This document shows positions 33,395-44,198 of a stretch of DNA of 45,841 bases, one piece after another. How positions within the stretch are numbered: position 1 is the stretch's first letter; each line of letters begins with the position of its first letter. A program made the position numbers and the translations under genes. This DNA is from a virus. Taxonomy: Duplodnaviria > Caudoviricetes. The stretch is from positions 1-45,841 of the IMG/VR virus record IMGVR_UViG_3300037458_001109; one strand, 5' to 3'. The notes below the pieces were generated by a model, which worked only from the letters and a program-made list of their open reading frames with translations, was not told the origin of the DNA and made no database searches.

Positions 33395-35901
33395 TGGCCA
33401 CACGCGGTGGGCAGGACGACATCAACGTAAAGATCGGGGCGGATGCTTCCGGAGTAGAATCCGGAATGCTCCGCGCTGCGAGCGCGGTGACGTCGGGCGT
33501 CGCAGGCATCAAAGGGCAGATTGCTGCCCTTTCTGCTTTGGGAGGCGCGTTCGCAGGCGTATCGCAGGCGCTGACCGAAAAGGTCCTAGCGTTCGTGCGA
33601 GACATGTTCACTGCCTTCCCGCGTGTCTCCGAAGAAGTGCGCAGATTGTCCGATACCCTCAGCATCACAAGGGAAGAGGCTTCTGGCCTGCGTGCCTCAA
33701 TGGACGACATCGGCATCACCACCGAAGAGTACATCGGTATCGTTCAGCGCGTCACCCTCCAGCTGCGCCAGAACGAGGAGCGCTTCACCCAGCTAGGCGT
33801 GAAGACGCGGGACTCCAACGGGAACCTGCTCAACTCTCAGCAGATCCTGAAGAACACGATCAACACGTTGAAGGACTACAAGGACGGCACCGACCGTAAC
33901 TTAGCCTCCAGCGAGTTGCTGGGCAGGAGTTTCGCGTCCGTTGCACAGCTGACGCGCATGACGGACGAGGTCATTGCCGATAGCACCAAGACCCTCGAAG
34001 AGTTTGGCGCGGTGATGACGGAAAACGACATCAAGGCCGCGCGCGAGTTTGAACTCGCATCGAACGATCTCGGTGACGCAATCGAGTCGATGGCGGTAGG
34101 CATCGGTAAGATGCTCCTGCCCTACCTGCAGTCCCTCACCGAAATGGTGCGCGCTGTTCTTCCCTATGCCTTCATTGTGCTGAAGGGTTCGATCGGCGGC
34201 ATCTTAGCGTTCTTCGAGTACCTCAAGCTAGGCATCCTCACGATCTGGGATTTGGGCAACGGCCTAGCACGTGCCATCATGGGCAACTGGAAGAATGCCT
34301 TCACCATGATGGCGCAGTTCCTGACTGGGGACTTCCGCGGAGCCATCGCTACTGCAAAGGCAATGGCAACGGTCTACGCCGACGAGCTAGGCGGTGCGCT
34401 AGAGCGCACGGCAAAGCGTGCGGAAGAGACCAACAAGGCCGTCAAGGAAATCTTCCTCGGCCGTGAGGACCCGGGTCAGAAGGAAACAGGCGGCACCAAA
34501 ACGTACAAGTCGAAGCCGGACAAGAACGCTGACAAGAACCTCCTCGAGAAGTGGAAGAAAGAACTTCAGGAGATGCGGGATGCGACCGACGCCTTCCGCA
34601 CGTTAGAACTGAGTGAGGAGCAGAAGTTCTGGGAGACCAAGCTGTCGCTGGTGGCCAAAGGCTCCGAAGCGGAGAAGATGGTCAGGCACGAACTGACGGT
34701 GGTCAAGAAGAAGATCGCGCAGGAAGAACTGCGCGAGGCCCTTTCTGCGTTGTCGTTCCAGATGGAGATGTCGCGTGAAAGTGCCGACGAGCAGGTAAAG
34801 ATCGCCGATGCCAAGCTCCGCCTGATGAAGGCGATCTACGGCGAGGACTCGAAGGAGTACGTGGCAGCAGAGCGCGAGAAGACGCGCACGCTGCGCGATC
34901 AGGCAGAGCAACGCAAGCGGATGGCGACGGAGGAGATCGAACTTCGCCGTAGCCTAGCTACCGTGTCGATGAACGAGGCACGCGATCAGATCGAGTTCGA
35001 AAAGAACATCGGACTCATTAACGACGAGGAGCGCCTTGCACGTCTCAGAGAGCTCAGCAGGCAGGAGTACGAAGACAAGCGTGAGACGTTGAAGCAGAAG
35101 CTCGACCTCGAGCGTGAGAACCAGGAAGCACGCCAAAAGCTGTTGAACGAAATCCAGGTTCTCGACCGCGAGCGCGAAGCACAGATAAAGAGAGAGAACC
35201 AAGACACTGCTTTGTCGATCCGCGATCGCTGGATGGAAATCCTCGATCCAATACAGCAGGCATTCGACACGACGCTAAAGGGCATCATCATGGGGACGCA
35301 GACCCTCAGACAAGGTCTGCAGAACATCTTCACTGCAATCCTCGGCGAGTTCATTTCGCTGGGCATAAGGATGCTCCGCGAGTGGGTCGCAAAGCAACTG
35401 GCAATGACTGTGTTCATGCAAGGTCAGCAGGCCGCGCGCACTGCGCTAGAGCTGACAGCGTCAACAGCGGAGGCAGTCGCTGCGCGCATTGCTGCGTTCG
35501 CGCAGGTCTCAAGCTACGCGGCAGTGGCAGGTGCTGCGGCGGTGGCGAGCGCTGCGGCCATTCCCGTGTACGGCTGGATGATTGCCCCGGCGGCAGGTGC
35601 TGGAGCATACGCAAGCGCGATGTCGTTCTCCGCCGGCCTGCTTGCAAGTGCAGCTGGCGGGTGGTGGGAAGTCCCGGGCGACCAGGTGGCGCAAATCCAC
35701 AAGAAGGAAATGGTGCTCCCTGCTGACAAGGCCGAAGGGCTGCGAGAGATGCTAGAAGGGGGCGGTGGGGCAGGAGGTATCAACCTCAAGATCAATGCAC
35801 TGGATGGAGAGAGCGTGCGCAGGCTGTTCCAACGAGAAGGAAGTCACCTGTACGACGCACTCCGTCAACAGATCCGCAACTTCAAGGGTGAGCTCAAATG
35901 A
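33391..35901 (+). CDS. tape measure protein
   Basis: 836 aa, helical and A/E/K-rich; INVKIGAD start; C-terminal AAGGW..P...AQIH..EMVLPA. Confidence 0.9.
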   Translation: MMATRGGQDDINVKIGADASGVESGMLRAASAVTSGVAGIKGQIAALSALGGAFAGVSQALTEKVLAFVRDMFTAFPRVSEEVRRLSDTLSITREEASGLRASMDDIGITTEEYIGIVQRVTLQLRQNEERFTQLGVKTRDSNGNLLNSQQILKNTINTLKDYKDGTDRNLASSELLGRSFASVAQLTRMTDEVIADSTKTLEEFGAVMTENDIKAAREFELASNDLGDAIESMAVGIGKMLLPYLQSLTEMVRAVLPYAFIVLKGSIGGILAFFEYLKLGILTIWDLGNGLARAIMGNWKNAFTMMAQFLTGDFRGAIATAKAMATVYADELGGALERTAKRAEETNKAVKEIFLGREDPGQKETGGTKTYKSKPDKNADKNLLEKWKKELQEMRDATDAFRTLELSEEQKFWETKLSLVAKGSEAEKMVRHELTVVKKKIAQEELREALSALSFQMEMSRESADEQVKIADAKLRLMKAIYGEDSKEYVAAEREKTRTLRDQAEQRKRMATEEIELRRSLATVSMNEARDQIEFEKNIGLINDEERLARLRELSRQEYEDKRETLKQKLDLERENQEARQKLLNEIQVLDREREAQIKRENQDTALSIRDRWMEILDPIQQAFDTTLKGIIMGTQTLRQGLQNIFTAILGEFISLGIRMLREWVAKQLAMTVFMQGQQAARTALELTASTAEAVAARIAAFAQVSSYAAVAGAAAVASAAAIPVYGWMIAPAAGAGAYASAMSFSAGLLASAAGGWWEVPGDQVAQIHKKEMVLPADKAEGLREMLEGGGGAGGINLKINALDGESVRRLFQREGSHLYDALRQQIRNFKGELK

Positions 35902-36503
35902 GCAATGCTGTCTTTCCTACGCTGGCTGGCCTGACGTGGGACGTCCGCAAGTCGCCGGAGTTCAACAACGTGGTACGCCGATCGGCTTCTCTCTACAGGA
36001 CAGCCATTTCGCTTGCCGACTACCCGATCTGGCACTATGCCTTGCAGTACGAGTTCTTGCGCGACAACGCGACCAACGACGAGCTCAACCAGCTCATCGG
36101 CTTCTTCCTCGCACGCAAGGGAAACTACGACTCCTGGCTGTTCGATGACCCGGACGGCAACAGCGTCACAGCGCAGAACATCGGGACCGGCAACGGTACG
36201 ACGACGCAGTTCCAGCTGACGCGCACCGTCGGTGGCTTCGCTGAGCCCGTGCAGAACCCGAAGGCCTCACCTGCCCCGCAGATCTACAAGGGAGGCGTAC
36301 TGCAAACCGTCACCACTCACTACACCATCGACGCGTACGGAGTGGTGACGTTCGTCACAGCACCGACCGCTGGTCAGGCAATCACGTGGACCGGCGGTTA
36401 CTACATCCGCTGCGAGTTCAAAGAGACGATGCAGGAGTACACCAAGTTTTTGCACAAGCTGTGGTCGGCACGGCGAGTAGATTTCAGGAGCGTCAAACTG
36501 TGA
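35898..36503 (+). CDS. distal tail protein (DUF2460-like)
   Basis: FF.ARKG..DSWLF.DPD, G.GNG.TT.FQL. Confidence 0.8.
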   Translation: MSNAVFPTLAGLTWDVRKSPEFNNVVRRSASLYRTAISLADYPIWHYALQYEFLRDNATNDELNQLIGFFLARKGNYDSWLFDDPDGNSVTAQNIGTGNGTTTQFQLTRTVGGFAEPVQNPKASPAPQIYKGGVLQTVTTHYTIDAYGVVTFVTAPTAGQAITWTGGYYIRCEFKETMQEYTKFLHKLWSARRVDFRSVKL

Positions 36504-37366
36504 AGTCCGCATCCGCCCCTCTCATTGCATTGCTTGGCGACAGGAACAGACAGTTCCGAGTCGCTGACCTGCTCACCCTCACACTTCTCGATTCCTCAGT
36601 AAAGCGCTATACGGGCCGCGATCACAAGGTGACGCACAGCGGTATCGACTACATCCACAACGACGTGCTGTTCAAGCGCAGTCGTATCCGAACGGTGCCC
36701 GGTCTCGAGGTCGATCAGCTAGACATCACGTTCTTCCCGGGCACGAACTCTACGCTAGGTGGGTTTCCGTTCATCGAAGGCGTGCGGCGCGGAGTGCTGG
36801 ACGGCGCGCGCATTCGTCTCGACAGAGGGTACCTCAGCGACACAGGCAGTACGACGGTCGGTGCGCTCAACTTGTTTGACGGCCGCGTGTCAAACATCCC
36901 CGAGGCTACGAGAACGTCGGTCAAGATGATTGGCAAGAGCGACGTGGAGCTTCTCAACACCAAGCTGCCTCGCAACCTGTTCCAAAGTCGGTGTGTGCAT
37001 ACGCTGTACGACACTGGCTGCGGCCTCAATCGCGAATCGCTAGCAGTGACGGGCACAGTGACCGGCGGCGGGACTACGACGTCCTGGTACAGTAACTTGA
37101 GTCAGCCGGACCACTACTTCACGCTGGGCTATGTCTACATTCTCACCGGACAGAACGCTGGTCTGTACAGAGGAGTGAAAGCGTACTGGAGCACAGGCGG
37201 CGGTATGGTCCTGTTCGAGCCGTTGCCTTACGCTCCTGCTGCTGGCGACACGTTCAAGATCTACCCGGGATGTGACAAGCTGAAAGACACTTGCCAGAAC
37301 AAGTTCGGCAACCTCACGCACTTCCGCGGTTACCCGTATATCCCGGTACCGGAGACACTGCTGTGA
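36500..37366 (+). CDS. baseplate hub protein (DUF2163-like)
   Basis: C.H.LYD.GC and GCDK...TC..KF.N...FRG.P.IP Cys motifs. Confidence 0.85.
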   Translation: MKSASAPLIALLGDRNRQFRVADLLTLTLLDSSVKRYTGRDHKVTHSGIDYIHNDVLFKRSRIRTVPGLEVDQLDITFFPGTNSTLGGFPFIEGVRRGVLDGARIRLDRGYLSDTGSTTVGALNLFDGRVSNIPEATRTSVKMIGKSDVELLNTKLPRNLFQSRCVHTLYDTGCGLNRESLAVTGTVTGGGTTTSWYSNLSQPDHYFTLGYVYILTGQNAGLYRGVKAYWSTGGGMVLFEPLPYAPAAGDTFKIYPGCDKLKDTCQNKFGNLTHFRGYPYIPVPETLL

Positions 37367-37806
37367 CACCAGAACTACAAGAAGCAATCTGTGCTGAAGC
37401 GCTCACGTGGGAGCGCACGCCTTACCACCATCAAGGTTTCGTTAAGGGTGTGGGCGTCGACTGTGCCTTCTTCCTTATCAAGGTCTATCACAGCGTGGGG
37501 CTTATCCCCGACATTGACCCTCGACCTTACCCGATGGACTGGCATCTGCATCGGGACGCGGAGCGCTACCTGGGTTGGGTAGAGCAGTACGCGACCCAAG
37601 TCGAGGAGCCGGTAAAGGGCGGCCTAGCCGTGTTCAAGTTCGGCAGGTGCTACTCGCACGGTACCATCGTGTTGGAGTGGCCGAGCATCATCCATGCTTA
37701 CCGCTTGTCTCGAGGCGTCTACAGGACAAACGTTCTGCACACGCCTGACCTGTCCAAGCGCTTGGACGACAAGCACGTGAAGTTCTACCAGTTGAAGGAA
37801 GCATAA
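37363..37806 (+). CDS. NlpC/P60 tail-tip peptidase
   Basis: W..TPYHHQG..KGVGVDC, HG.I. Confidence 0.88.
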   Translation: MTPELQEAICAEALTWERTPYHHQGFVKGVGVDCAFFLIKVYHSVGLIPDIDPRPYPMDWHLHRDAERYLGWVEQYATQVEEPVKGGLAVFKFGRCYSHGTIVLEWPSIIHAYRLSRGVYRTNVLHTPDLSKRLDDKHVKFYQLKEA

Positions 37807-40800
37807 TGGGCGGCATGTTCGGCGGTGGCGGCAAGAACATAGAGACAGTCGCTCCACGCATTAACTCGGTCAGGTTCCAGTCGTCTAGCTACGGCAAGCC
37901 GATCCCTATTGTCATGGGACGGCGTCGCTTGGCGGGCAACGTCATCTGGTTCAGCGATTTCAACGCAATCCCAATCACCACCACGCAGGAGACCGGAGGT
38001 AAAGGCGGTGGTGGTGGCGGAAGCATGTCGAATACGACGTACATCTATGTCGGTGCCTGTATGGTTGGTATCTGCGAAGGGCCCATCTACGGGCACGGCT
38101 CTGCATGGAACGGCAAGGAGCTAGGTAACGTTGGCACGTGGTTTACGTATGCGGTCTACGGCGCCTACCCCGACGGAACGTTGTGGCCGTGGTTAGCCGC
38201 GGCGCACCCAGCTGAGGCGCTGAGCTACCAAGGGCTGGTGCTGGCTGCCAACGAGAACATCAACATGGGCGACAACGCTCAATTGGGTTCGTACACGTTC
38301 GAGGTCTACGCTCCGCCGGCACTCAACTATGGTGGTGGTGTGTACGACTGCGACCCGAAGGACGTGCTCATCAACCTGCTCTCCAACGACTACTGGGGTG
38401 CAGGCTTCCCGTACTCGAAGATCGGCGACCTCACGGCGTTCTCCAACTACACCGTTGCCAACGACTTCCTTATCAGCCCGCTCATCGAGGAACAGCAGCC
38501 CGCAGCGGAGCTGATCCGCGACCTCATGGAGATGTGCAACTGCGAGGCAGTCTTCAGCGAAGGGACGTTAAAGGTTGTGCCCTACGGTGATGCCGCGGCG
38601 TCGGGGAATGGTGTCTCCTTTACCCCGAGCCTTACCCCTCAGTACGACTTCACCGACGCAGACTTCATCGTCGATGAAGGAGAAGACCCGGTTCGGTGCG
38701 AGCGCAGCAGCCCCGCCGATGCCATCAACCAGGTTCAGGTGGAGTACACTTCTCGAGACCAGTGGTATGCTTCGGGCATTGCAGAAGCGAAGGATGAGGC
38801 GAGCATCCTCACGCAAGGCCTTCGCCCGTCCAACGTCTACAAGTTCGACGCCATTTGCACGCCAGCGCGAGCGCAGTGGTCAGCACAGCATCGGCTCCAG
38901 TACAAGCTGTTCGTCAGGAACAAGTACACGTTCACCGTAGACCTCCGTTACTCCCGACTGGAGCCGATGGACTTGGTGACGCTAACGGACAGCAGGCTAG
39001 GCCTTAATCGACACCTCGTTCGCGTGAAGATGATCGAGGAGACGGAAGAAGGCTTCCTCCAGATCACTGCCGAAGACACGCTCATCGGCAACGCAAGTCC
39101 TGCGGCATACAACTACCAGCCGCCTGCAGGGTACACCGGAAACTACAATGCCTCGCCCGGCTCCGTAAGCCAGCCCTACTTCTTCGAGCCGCCAGTCACC
39201 TACGCAGGTGCGACAGGATTGCAGGTGTGGTGTGCGGTCACAGGAGCAGGCGCGGATTGGGGTGGCTGCAACGTGTGGGTCTCGTTCGACGGTGCGTCGT
39301 ACAAGAAGATGGCGACGCTGTTCGGAGGCTCGCGCTACGGCACGCTCCGCGATTCAATGACTACCGCCATCGGGTCTGACGCCAAAGTGCAGATGGTCGG
39401 CAAGAACAACACAATGCTCAGCGGTAGCGCTGCCGATGCGAACAACCTAGCGACGCTACTCCGCATCGGCAGTGAGTACATTTCCTACGACACGGCCACG
39501 CTTGTCGCCACAGGCCAGTACGATTTGAACACCGTGGTGCGTGGGGCGTACGGCACCACGCCTGCGGCGCACACGACAGGCACGCGGTGGGTTCGTGTCG
39601 ACGACGCCATTGCAAAGTCTGAGGATTTGGACACTGCACTCATTGGCCAGACGCTGTACTTCAAATTCACCTCGTTCAACTTGTACCAAGGTGGCGAAGA
39701 AGACCTCGGCAGCGTGACGGCGTACACGTACACCGTCAGCGGCAACATGGTTCAGCTGCCTCCCAGCGACGTGCAGAACCTCACCTACGTCCTTGAGGGT
39801 TTCGGTGTTCGCCTGATCTGGGATCAAATCCCCGACCAGGACTCTCTGTCCGAGTACGAAATCAGGCAAGGCGGAACGACGTGGGAAGATGCGGTTTCGC
39901 CACTCGGTGCCAAACCGCTGTATGTGAAAGGCACCTCATACCTGCTGAACACACAGAACAGCGGGGCTACCAAGTTCTGGGTGAAGGCACGGGACAAGTT
40001 CGGAAACGAAAGTCTCAATGCTGCAATGATCAGCGGTGTCATCGACGCGCCAGACACCGTTGCAGTGTCAGCCACGATCTCCGGTGTCAACTTGCGACTG
40101 AGCTGGGAAGCGGTTGTAGGTTCCTTTGCCATCGACCACTACGAAGTGAAAGAGGGCGCGACGTACGGAGCGGCGACGTTGGCGGCAGAGCCCTACAGCA
40201 CCGCTTACGAACTGAAGGTAACGTGGTCGGGAGGCAAGACGTTCTGGGTGTCTGCAGTAGACGTCGCAGGCAACAAAGGCTCCCCCTCACCGACTACGGT
40301 AAACATTTCCTCTCCGACTGCTCCGACGATCTCGTCCGATGCGGTGGACAACAACGTTCTGCTCCGCTGGACGGAGAGCGCAGCGACCCTGCCCATCGAC
40401 CGATACGAGCTAAGAAAAGGTGGCACGTCGTGGGAAACGGCGTCCTTCGTAGGCTACGTCTATGCGCGCTTTGCTGCTGTGTTCGAGAACGTAGGTGGAA
40501 CGTACACGTACTGGATTGCGGCAATCGACTCAGCAGGCACTACAGGCGCCGCGGCGTCGCACGTGGCGGAAGTTTCTCAGCCACCAGACTTTGTGCTCAT
40601 CACCAACTACACCAGTTCCTTTGGTGGCACGCTGAACAACGTGGTTCTCGATCAGGGCGCGCTTTACACGATCGTGACTGGCGAGACGTGGCAACAGCAC
40701 TTCGTCAACAACAGCTGGGCGTCGCCGCAAGACCAAGTAAACGCAGGGTACCCTGTCTACATCCAGCCGACGGGCACCACAGGCTACTACGAAGAGACTG

Positions 40801-41309
40801 TTGACATTGGTACGGTTATCGCAGCGGGCGTGATCTCGCTGTCGCTGGTCTACGAGACGTTGCTAGGCAGCGTGACCATCACACCAAAGATCAGTATCAA
40901 GCAGAACATCGGCGACGCCTGGACGGACTACAACAACACCGATGCACGTTTCTGCAACAACTTCCGGTACATCAAGATGCGCTGGGACTTCTCGGCGTCC
41001 GGAGGAAACGATCTGATCAAAATCACAGCACTGGGCTTCACTGTCGGTGTAAAGGAGATCACGGAGCGTGGGACGGTGGACGCAGTGTCTACTGACAGCG
41101 GTGGTACCACGGTGACGTTTGCAAAAACGTTCTACGACGTGTCGAGCATCCAAGTGTCCGCAGGTACGACGAATGCATACATCCCCGTCTACGACTTCGT
41201 CGATGTTGCAAACCCCACCTCAATGAAGGTGCTGGTCTTCGACCGCGCCACAGGCAATCGTGTATCCTGCCCGGTGTCGTACATCATCACTGGCGCAGGT
41301 ATCGAGTAA
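37806..41309 (+). CDS. central tail fibre / tip attachment protein J-like with Fn3-like repeats
   Basis: SSYG.PIP...G..RLAGNVIW; LEPMDLV.L; repeated L.W...YE.R.G..W...FWV.A.D..G. Confidence 0.85.
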   Translation: MGGMFGGGGKNIETVAPRINSVRFQSSSYGKPIPIVMGRRRLAGNVIWFSDFNAIPITTTQETGGKGGGGGGSMSNTTYIYVGACMVGICEGPIYGHGSAWNGKELGNVGTWFTYAVYGAYPDGTLWPWLAAAHPAEALSYQGLVLAANENINMGDNAQLGSYTFEVYAPPALNYGGGVYDCDPKDVLINLLSNDYWGAGFPYSKIGDLTAFSNYTVANDFLISPLIEEQQPAAELIRDLMEMCNCEAVFSEGTLKVVPYGDAAASGNGVSFTPSLTPQYDFTDADFIVDEGEDPVRCERSSPADAINQVQVEYTSRDQWYASGIAEAKDEASILTQGLRPSNVYKFDAICTPARAQWSAQHRLQYKLFVRNKYTFTVDLRYSRLEPMDLVTLTDSRLGLNRHLVRVKMIEETEEGFLQITAEDTLIGNASPAAYNYQPPAGYTGNYNASPGSVSQPYFFEPPVTYAGATGLQVWCAVTGAGADWGGCNVWVSFDGASYKKMATLFGGSRYGTLRDSMTTAIGSDAKVQMVGKNNTMLSGSAADANNLATLLRIGSEYISYDTATLVATGQYDLNTVVRGAYGTTPAAHTTGTRWVRVDDAIAKSEDLDTALIGQTLYFKFTSFNLYQGGEEDLGSVTAYTYTVSGNMVQLPPSDVQNLTYVLEGFGVRLIWDQIPDQDSLSEYEIRQGGTTWEDAVSPLGAKPLYVKGTSYLLNTQNSGATKFWVKARDKFGNESLNAAMISGVIDAPDTVAVSATISGVNLRLSWEAVVGSFAIDHYEVKEGATYGAATLAAEPYSTAYELKVTWSGGKTFWVSAVDVAGNKGSPSPTTVNISSPTAPTISSDAVDNNVLLRWTESAATLPIDRYELRKGGTSWETASFVGYVYARFAAVFENVGGTYTYWIAAIDSAGTTGAAASHVAEVSQPPDFVLITNYTSSFGGTLNNVVLDQGALYTIVTGETWQQHFVNNSWASPQDQVNAGYPVYIQPTGTTGYYEETVDIGTVIAAGVISLSLVYETLLGSVTITPKISIKQNIGDAWTDYNNTDARFCNNFRYIKMRWDFSASGGNDLIKITALGFTVGVKEITERGTVDAVSTDSGGTTVTFAKTFYDVSSIQVSAGTTNAYIPVYDFVDVANPTSMKVLVFDRATGNRVSCPVSYIITGAGIE

Positions 41310-41321
41310 CGAGGAGAAGCA

Positions 41322-42848
41322 ATGGCTCTCGATTTCAGCAAACCAGCACTAGGCGACGGGTACTCGGCGTTCGCTCAGTACATTCGCGACCACGTCACTG
41401 CACTGGCCAAAGGGCTCGACGGCGAGACGTTGACGAGCACGCCCACAAACGCCATCCGTTGGAACAGCACAACCAAACGGTGGGAGAAGTACAACGGCAC
41501 GGCGTGGATCGAACTGATCACGAAGGCCTCGGATAAATACGACATCAACGTCGATCGGGTCGACGGTTACGACGTGTCGAATGCTACCGGCAACATCCCG
41601 CTCAGCAACGGCACGGTCAACACCAACCTGAACGCCGACATGATAGACGGGTACCATGCGGGCACGGCGGCTAACCAAGTTCTCGTTCTGAACAGCAGCG
41701 GCAAGATCCCGTCGTCGGTGTTAGGCGGAGCTTCCGACGTTCCGTTTACGCCGACTGGCAGCATCGCAGCCACCAACGTGCAAGCTGCACTGGCAGAGCT
41801 AGATTCGGAGAAGCTGAGTCTTGCTGGCGGTACGTTGTCGGGAGGGTTGTCGCTGTCTGCAGGAAACGTTGCGGTCAACGGTGCAGGAGCGGCCGTTACC
41901 GTAGGCGACAACTCTACTGGCCGAGTTACCGTCGACGGCGGCGGCAGCCTCGAGGTGTTTAAGTCGGGCGGCGGGTACATCGACTTTAAGAACGCCTCCG
42001 GTGACGACTACGACGTGCGGCTTGCGCAAAACGGCACGGGAGGGTTAACGACTACGGGTGCAGGCCAGTTTGCTGTCAACGGAATGGATGTGTACGCAGC
42101 GTCTCCGCCCGCCAACACCTACGCGATTTATGGCAAGCCTACGACGTCAAGTTACGGCGGCGTGATAGGGGTGACTCAGAACGGGACAATCAGCGGCGTT
42201 CTGGGCCACTCCAACCAGTACTCGCTCTACGGAAATGGTCGCATCTACACCGGTGAGTACTTCATGACGGCCGGCGGCGTCGTGTACCTCAACGCTGGCG
42301 GCACGCGGTACGTGCAGTACGACTCCGGCAATGATCGCTACGTCTTCGGGAACACGAGAGCCTACTTCCAAAGCGCGAGCCTAACGACGGGCGGCTACGG
42401 AATTTGCACCAACGTATCCGGCGGCGACCTCTACATCGAGCAAATGCGGTGGGTGTCCTCTCCGGGCTATCTCGAGGTCAGTGTGTATGGAACGGCGGTA
42501 GGGATCTACGCCGACATTTCAGACGAACGACTGAAAGACAATATCAAGCCCTCGAAGAAGGAAGCACTTCCGATCATCCGTGCGTTGCCTTTCTTTGAGT
42601 TCGATTGGAAGGAAGGCAATGCTGTCTTCGGAGAAGGGCATGTTGCGCTCGGCCCTGTGGCGCAGGCTTGGGAGAAGGTAGACCCAGAACTCGTTCGTCA
42701 GCAGGTTTCACACTCGGTTCGCAACGAAGAGGGAGAAGTGACCGGCGAAGAAAAAGGGCTGATGCAGATAAACCCTATGTACGCGGCGGCACTTGCGCTA
42801 AAGGGCGTGCAAGAATTGGAGCGGCGCATTGCCGCACTAGGCTACTAA
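41322..42848 (+). CDS. tail fibre with C-terminal S74 autocleaving chaperone
   Basis: NADMIDGYHA, ATNVQAALAEL, G-rich body, ISDERLKDNI + coiled-coil end. Confidence 0.88.
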   Translation: MALDFSKPALGDGYSAFAQYIRDHVTALAKGLDGETLTSTPTNAIRWNSTTKRWEKYNGTAWIELITKASDKYDINVDRVDGYDVSNATGNIPLSNGTVNTNLNADMIDGYHAGTAANQVLVLNSSGKIPSSVLGGASDVPFTPTGSIAATNVQAALAELDSEKLSLAGGTLSGGLSLSAGNVAVNGAGAAVTVGDNSTGRVTVDGGGSLEVFKSGGGYIDFKNASGDDYDVRLAQNGTGGLTTTGAGQFAVNGMDVYAASPPANTYAIYGKPTTSSYGGVIGVTQNGTISGVLGHSNQYSLYGNGRIYTGEYFMTAGGVVYLNAGGTRYVQYDSGNDRYVFGNTRAYFQSASLTTGGYGICTNVSGGDLYIEQMRWVSSPGYLEVSVYGTAVGIYADISDERLKDNIKPSKKEALPIIRALPFFEFDWKEGNAVFGEGHVALGPVAQAWEKVDPELVRQQVSHSVRNEEGEVTGEEKGLMQINPMYAAALALKGVQELERRIAALGY

Positions 42849-42858
42849 GGAGAACGAC

Positions 42859-43116
42859 GTGAGCAATAGAATCAACGTCCCCACCAACACCAAGTTCGGC
42901 TTGCTGATCGAAGACATCGTGGCCCAAACCATGGACGTGCAAGGAAAGGTGGCGCGTCTGAAGAATGCACTGGACAGCATGAACCAGGGGACTCCTGCTA
43001 CTCCGGAGACGATCGAGCAGGAGCTCGGTCTCGCCGCAGGGGACGGAGCGACGCTCTACACAATCATCAAGGCCGTGCGCGGCCTTCAGCGTCTCGATAC
43101 GGGAAAGGCGGTGTGA
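42859..43116 (+). CDS. hypothetical protein
   Basis: AAGGAG RBS, GTG start. Confidence 0.65.
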   Translation: MSNRINVPTNTKFGLLIEDIVAQTMDVQGKVARLKNALDSMNQGTPATPETIEQELGLAAGDGATLYTIIKAVRGLQRLDTGKAV

Positions 43117-43117
43117 T

Positions 43118-43498
43118 TTGAACGAGTGGCTAGATCATCTGCGCCACGGGCTTTCGGGGCAATTCCTTGCTCTGGCGGCGGCCGTGACTAGAACGTCGGA
43201 AGGTTCCATCAACTGGCGCAACGTGTTTGGCACCGTGGTCTCCGCAGCGATCCTTGCACTGGCCGCTTCTACCATCGAGCAGGGGAACAGGATTTCCGCT
43301 ATCCATGCGCGACAGGAAATCGTGCTGCGCCGTTTGGAGGCGCTGGAAACCGGGAATGCCACTGCTACGTCAGAGCGCTACCGGGCAAGCGATGCGGCGC
43401 GCGATCTAGCGCGCATCTCTCACGACATCACAGACTTGCATCGCAGGTTGGATCGAATCGAGGACAAGCTACTCGAGTCTAAGAAAAGGTCGCCGTAA
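43118..43498 (+). CDS. membrane-anchored coiled-coil protein (holin- or i-spanin-like)
   Basis: Hydrophobic VFGTVVSAAILALAA, then coiled coil ending RLDRIEDKL; start uncertain. Confidence 0.5.
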   Translation: MNEWLDHLRHGLSGQFLALAAAVTRTSEGSINWRNVFGTVVSAAILALAASTIEQGNRISAIHARQEIVLRRLEALETGNATATSERYRASDAARDLARISHDITDLHRRLDRIEDKLLESKKRSP

Positions 43499-43628
43499 GT
43501 TCACTTCGTGAAAGCGGCAACAGTTCAATGGCGGGGATCTGGTACGTGCGAGGCTTTGGGTTTTCCTCCTTTCCCCTTAGCCCAACGGCGTAATTGGTTC
43601 CCCCGCCACCCTTCTAAAGGAGACGTAA

Positions 43629-44198
43629 GTGGAGAAAGAATTGCAAGACAAGACGAGGTTCCTGGCTGTGATGGCGTGCATCGACGCGTCGGAAGGGGAG
43701 TTCAGCGACGACCCCCACGATCCGGGCAACTGGACGGGAGGTCGTCCTGGCCAGGGGGACTTGAAAGGTACCAAGTATGGCATCAGCGCAAAGTCATACC
43801 CGCACCTCGACATCAAAAACCTCACCTACGAGGATGCGCTGAAGCTCTTCTACCAGGACTACTGGCTGAAGGTCAGAGGAGATGAGGTTCCGGTCAAGTG
43901 GGCGCTGGTGATGATGGACTGCGCAGTCAATCAGGGCGCCGTGACCGCGATCCTCTGGGCGCAGGATGCGGCTGGCGTGATGGTCGACGGAAAGTTTGGC
44001 AAACGCACGATGGCCGCGCTGCACAACGACGACGACAACAGGAAGTGGGCACGCTTCATGACACGGCGTACCTATGCTTACCTGCAGACTCCGGGTGCTG
44101 ATCGTTACGGAAGCGGGTGGATCATCCGCTTGTTCTGCCGGGCAATCGAAGCCGGCATCTTTCTCAAGAGCGAAGGAGACCTTCTGGATGGACTCTGA
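43629..44198 (+). CDS. endolysin, glycoside hydrolase family 108
   Basis: EGEFSDDPHDPGNWT, TKYGIS, YW, D.AVNQG, DGKFG..T, GW..R. Confidence 0.9.
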   Translation: MEKELQDKTRFLAVMACIDASEGEFSDDPHDPGNWTGGRPGQGDLKGTKYGISAKSYPHLDIKNLTYEDALKLFYQDYWLKVRGDEVPVKWALVMMDCAVNQGAVTAILWAQDAAGVMVDGKFGKRTMAALHNDDDNRKWARFMTRRTYAYLQTPGADRYGSGWIIRLFCRAIEAGIFLKSEGDLLDGL

